A stretch of 53,392 nucleotides of DNA, filler included, from Sphacelaria rigidula (taxonomy: Eukaryota), in NCBI GenBank assembly GCA_964200075.2. It is 4 parts of 4 records of this genome, joined end to end, with 100 filler letters (N's around TTAATTAATTAA, not from the genome) between each part and the next. Parts side by side here need not be neighbours in the genome. Positions count along the whole stretch, not along the records: positions 40,121 to 53,392 come from CAXNAA020003011.1; 3 more parts are not named here. The stretch is one strand, 5' to 3'. Position 1 is the stretch's first letter; each line of letters starts with the position of its first letter. Positions 50,601 to 53,392 of this stretch are shown here, piece after piece. The position numbers and the translations under genes were made by a program. Under the pieces are notes generated by a model. It saw only the letters and a program-made list of their open reading frames with translations, ran no database searches and was not told the DNA's origin.

Positions 50601-52483
50601 CCCTGTTTTCTCCCCTTTCGCTTTTGCTAGGACGCCGAAGCAATTTTTGCTTCCTCGTTGATCGCTAGCACGCCGAAGCAGTTTGTGCTTCTGCGTTTCG
50701 GAGCAGTTTTTTTCCTGCTCCTCGAAGCAGTCTATGCTTCCCTTTTTTTGAGGTGTGGGAGTGGGTACAGGATTGTTGGTACGGGAATGTTAGGTAGGGG
50801 AGTGTACCTTCAGGTATGCTTTATTAGCCGCTCATGACTTCACGAGTAAAGAAAAACCTCAGTTTTCGCTGCTTTGAGAATGAATCCTCCCATCTGTAAT
50901 AAAGGTTCGTCTGAGTGGGTTATTGTCATGAAGACGCATATTAGCCTGTTGTCATGCCGCTTAAGACCCGCTGTCGACGTCTGGCTTTCGGTAATATTGG
51001 GAATTCTGGTAGACAAGACTGCAGGTCTGTTCAGAGTTGGTCGGGTACGAATATGAGCTTGTATATTGGTAGAAGATGGCGAGACAGATCGGCTGGAACC
51101 GATATAGCTCGCCTATCCTTTGCACTACCAACTGCTCCCCTCTGCTAGCCAGCAAAAGGAAGTCTAAGCATCGGTGAGAGATATTGGCTGGTTTGGGTTG
51201 GATTGATTGTGTGGGTACTGGAGTTAGAATCAAGATAACCAAGGAGAAGTGAAGAACCTATTTGAGTGAAACCTCGTCTGATATTTGGATGCTGAGCAGG
51301 TCACACGGTATCTACAAGTTATAGCAGCCTGACGGTTGTACACTTTCAGGCCAAGCTTGTGCCTTGGGTTGCAAGCTGTGTCCTTGCATTATATTACCGC
51401 TTGCTCCTCATTACAGTGGCGTTTGATTAATTCTTCTTTGGCTATTGCGTTTCCTTCTTTCGCTCGATTTGTACCCCTGCTGCCCAGCTGTGTAGCCTCA
51501 GCTTTTTGATATTTGTTTTGCCGCCTTGCGTTCCCTTCAGGACAGTTTTAGTCAAACCTACCGCCCAGGTAGTCAATAACTCTAGAAGCTTCTGCCACGC
51601 GTGTCTCTCGGTAAAGTGTATTTGTGCCCTGCTACTTGCAACTTGCTGTAGCGCTCGACTGCACATCTTGTGCTACGTGTGGTCAACGTGGGGTCAACGC
51701 GCCCTGCTTGCTATTCTTGCCGTGCTGTCAATTTTAACATCACCTACACAAGGCCGCACGGTACCATTTCCGACTGCACGTTGCGAATCTCTTTGTGATT
51801 CATCCAGTCAGGCACGTCCAACGTGCCAAGCCATCGTTGGCTCGTGTTTTTGGTCTTGTGGCCCCCTTTCCCTCTGTTAAAGAGGTCTTCTACTACAGGC
51901 TTGTACAAACCACCAGTGCACAAAGGCGCAATGTTGTTCATAGCCAGCCGCTGTCGCTGACCTGAGCTTCTGCCAAATCAGCACGCGCTGCTGCTCTTAT
52001 TTTTCAGTATTGATTGTACGCGACTGTTGTGTCTTTCCTCCACGAAATTACCGAACAAGTACAACCCGTGCTCTCACATTGTGACAACGGAAACCTGTAC
52101 ACGAAGTTTGGACTCGTTACGGCACTTTAAGTTCGTTGCTTGTAGCTACAAGCTGGGCCGACCAAGACACTGTCAATCCGTCAGACGGCCATAACTCTGC
52201 TTCTGCTACGTTGTAGGTCATTCCGAAACCACCGCTGAAATCGGGGAAGTCACACCTAGAAGCTACAGCTCTCCAAATCCTGCATAGAGCACGTTCTGCA
52301 CTTGAAGAGTCATCGGCCAATCACAGCGCGTCATAGCGCGGCGCGATTGAGGCATGAAACGGTCATTTTCGTGAAATTCCTGAAAAAAAAATGCGGCGCA
52401 ATTGTAGAAAGTGACAGTCACGAACGGCAGCATCAGCAGCACAGCAGTGTCTCCCCTGCAAGAGCTCGCTGCTGACCTCGCGT

Positions 52484-52792
52484 ATGCCAGGCGCTATGCG
52501 GTGGGTGAAGACCACGGTTCCTAAGTTTGTCCACGACAAGCGTAGAGGAGAGTGGCGGCTCAAGCTGCATTACACGCGAACTACGAAGAAGCCGACTCGT
52601 GTGGTGTACTCCGAAAAATTCAAGACACGAGAAGAGGCCGATGCCGCCATAGGTTGGTGGAGACTGAGCTGGGAGGAAGGCCACAACGGGGAGAAGATCG
52701 ACCCGCCCACGGACCCGGATGGAGTCTCCAGCCTGGCTGCTGCAGACCTTGCGGCTGCAGACCTTCCTCCAGGCGAGTTCAGCTACAAGTAG
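52484..52792 (+). CDS. Small ORF or exon with AP2/integrase-arm-like DNA-binding motif
   Basis: ATG start. FVHDKRRGEWRLKLHY...KKPTRVVYSEKFKTREEADAA resembles the AP2 W...F.T.EEA..A signature. Confidence 0.5.
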   Translation: MPGAMRWVKTTVPKFVHDKRRGEWRLKLHYTRTTKKPTRVVYSEKFKTREEADAAIGWWRLSWEEGHNGEKIDPPTDPDGVSSLAAADLAAADLPPGEFSYK

Positions 52793-53039
52793 ACGCACGA
52801 TTGCCTCTCGTTTACCAAAATTTTTGAATTCGACACACCGCAAAATTTCAAATTTCTAACGGCTTGTATCCACGAGACACTCGTGTCCATGGTGTGTACA
52901 TGCACTACATTGTACATGCACTACATGCTCCCCAACACGTTTTTACACTACGGTTGCTGCCACGACATGTTGTACCACATTCACTGCTATTTTCGGCTAT
53001 GTTGGGCTCCGAGGGTAAAGTATTAAGTATTGTGCGATA

Positions 53040-53135
53040 CAGCAGTATGACCGCTGTACAAATACTGCTGCTGCTGCGACTCGTGCGGTTACCACTCCTT
53101 GCTGCAGCAGTATGACCGCTGTACAAATACAGCAG
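53040..53135 (+). repeat. Direct repeat cagcagtatgaccgctgtacaaatac x2
   Basis: Copies at ~53040 and ~53105. Confidence 0.85.
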
Positions 53136-53392
53136 TTCTGAGCGTGTTCTTGTGAGCGAAATCATTTGTACCAGCTGAGAAGTCTCTTTGCCGTAGACAT
53201 TAAATGACTTGATTTTACACTGCTGTGCACGTGTGCTGCATGTGTGGTATGACGTTGTACAGCGGTATCAGGATGAACAGCGGCAGAAGGATGTACAGCA
53301 GTCTCTCTTGTGCTAGTGTCAGACAACAATTGTATGCAACGTTCACCCCGTCCCAACCTCCGATGGTTCCTCAACAGGTAAATCGGAAAATA

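Larger units (their letters stand above)
40121..50765 (+). mobile_element. Ty3/Gypsy LTR retrotransposon (chromodomain-bearing), 5' end in the gap
   Basis: Gag, protease, RT, RNase H, integrase in Gypsy order. Purine-rich PPT candidate gaggtgtgggagtggg at ~50750-50765. Confidence 0.95.

Overview
Eukaryotic, TE-rich genomic DNA. The splice signals, intron sizes and repeat types suggest a brown alga (Phaeophyceae); this is an inference. Four contigs are joined by 100-bp N gaps with an artificial TTAATTAATTAA linker. Main content: (1) a large spliced + strand gene (at least 8 exons, ~4253-12993, cut by a gap) whose C-terminal part resembles MMS22-like and whose N-terminal extension has two Tudor/SH3-like + Cys4 modules; (2) a decayed Ty1/copia element on the - strand (~18490-23260) with a nested Tc1/mariner-type MITE and a tRNA-derived SINE; (3) many MITEs (8-bp-TSD hAT/P-type, piggyBac-type, hairpin types), a hAT transposase remnant and an orphan MYND-finger terminal exon; (4) a ~10.6-kb Ty3/Gypsy element whose gag-pol reads almost entirely in one frame (~3,300 codons, now broken by stops) and whose integrase is followed by a chromodomain-like and a second Tudor/PWWP-like domain; (5) a short AP2-like ORF near the end. 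All domain calls come from motif recognition by eye, not database searches.
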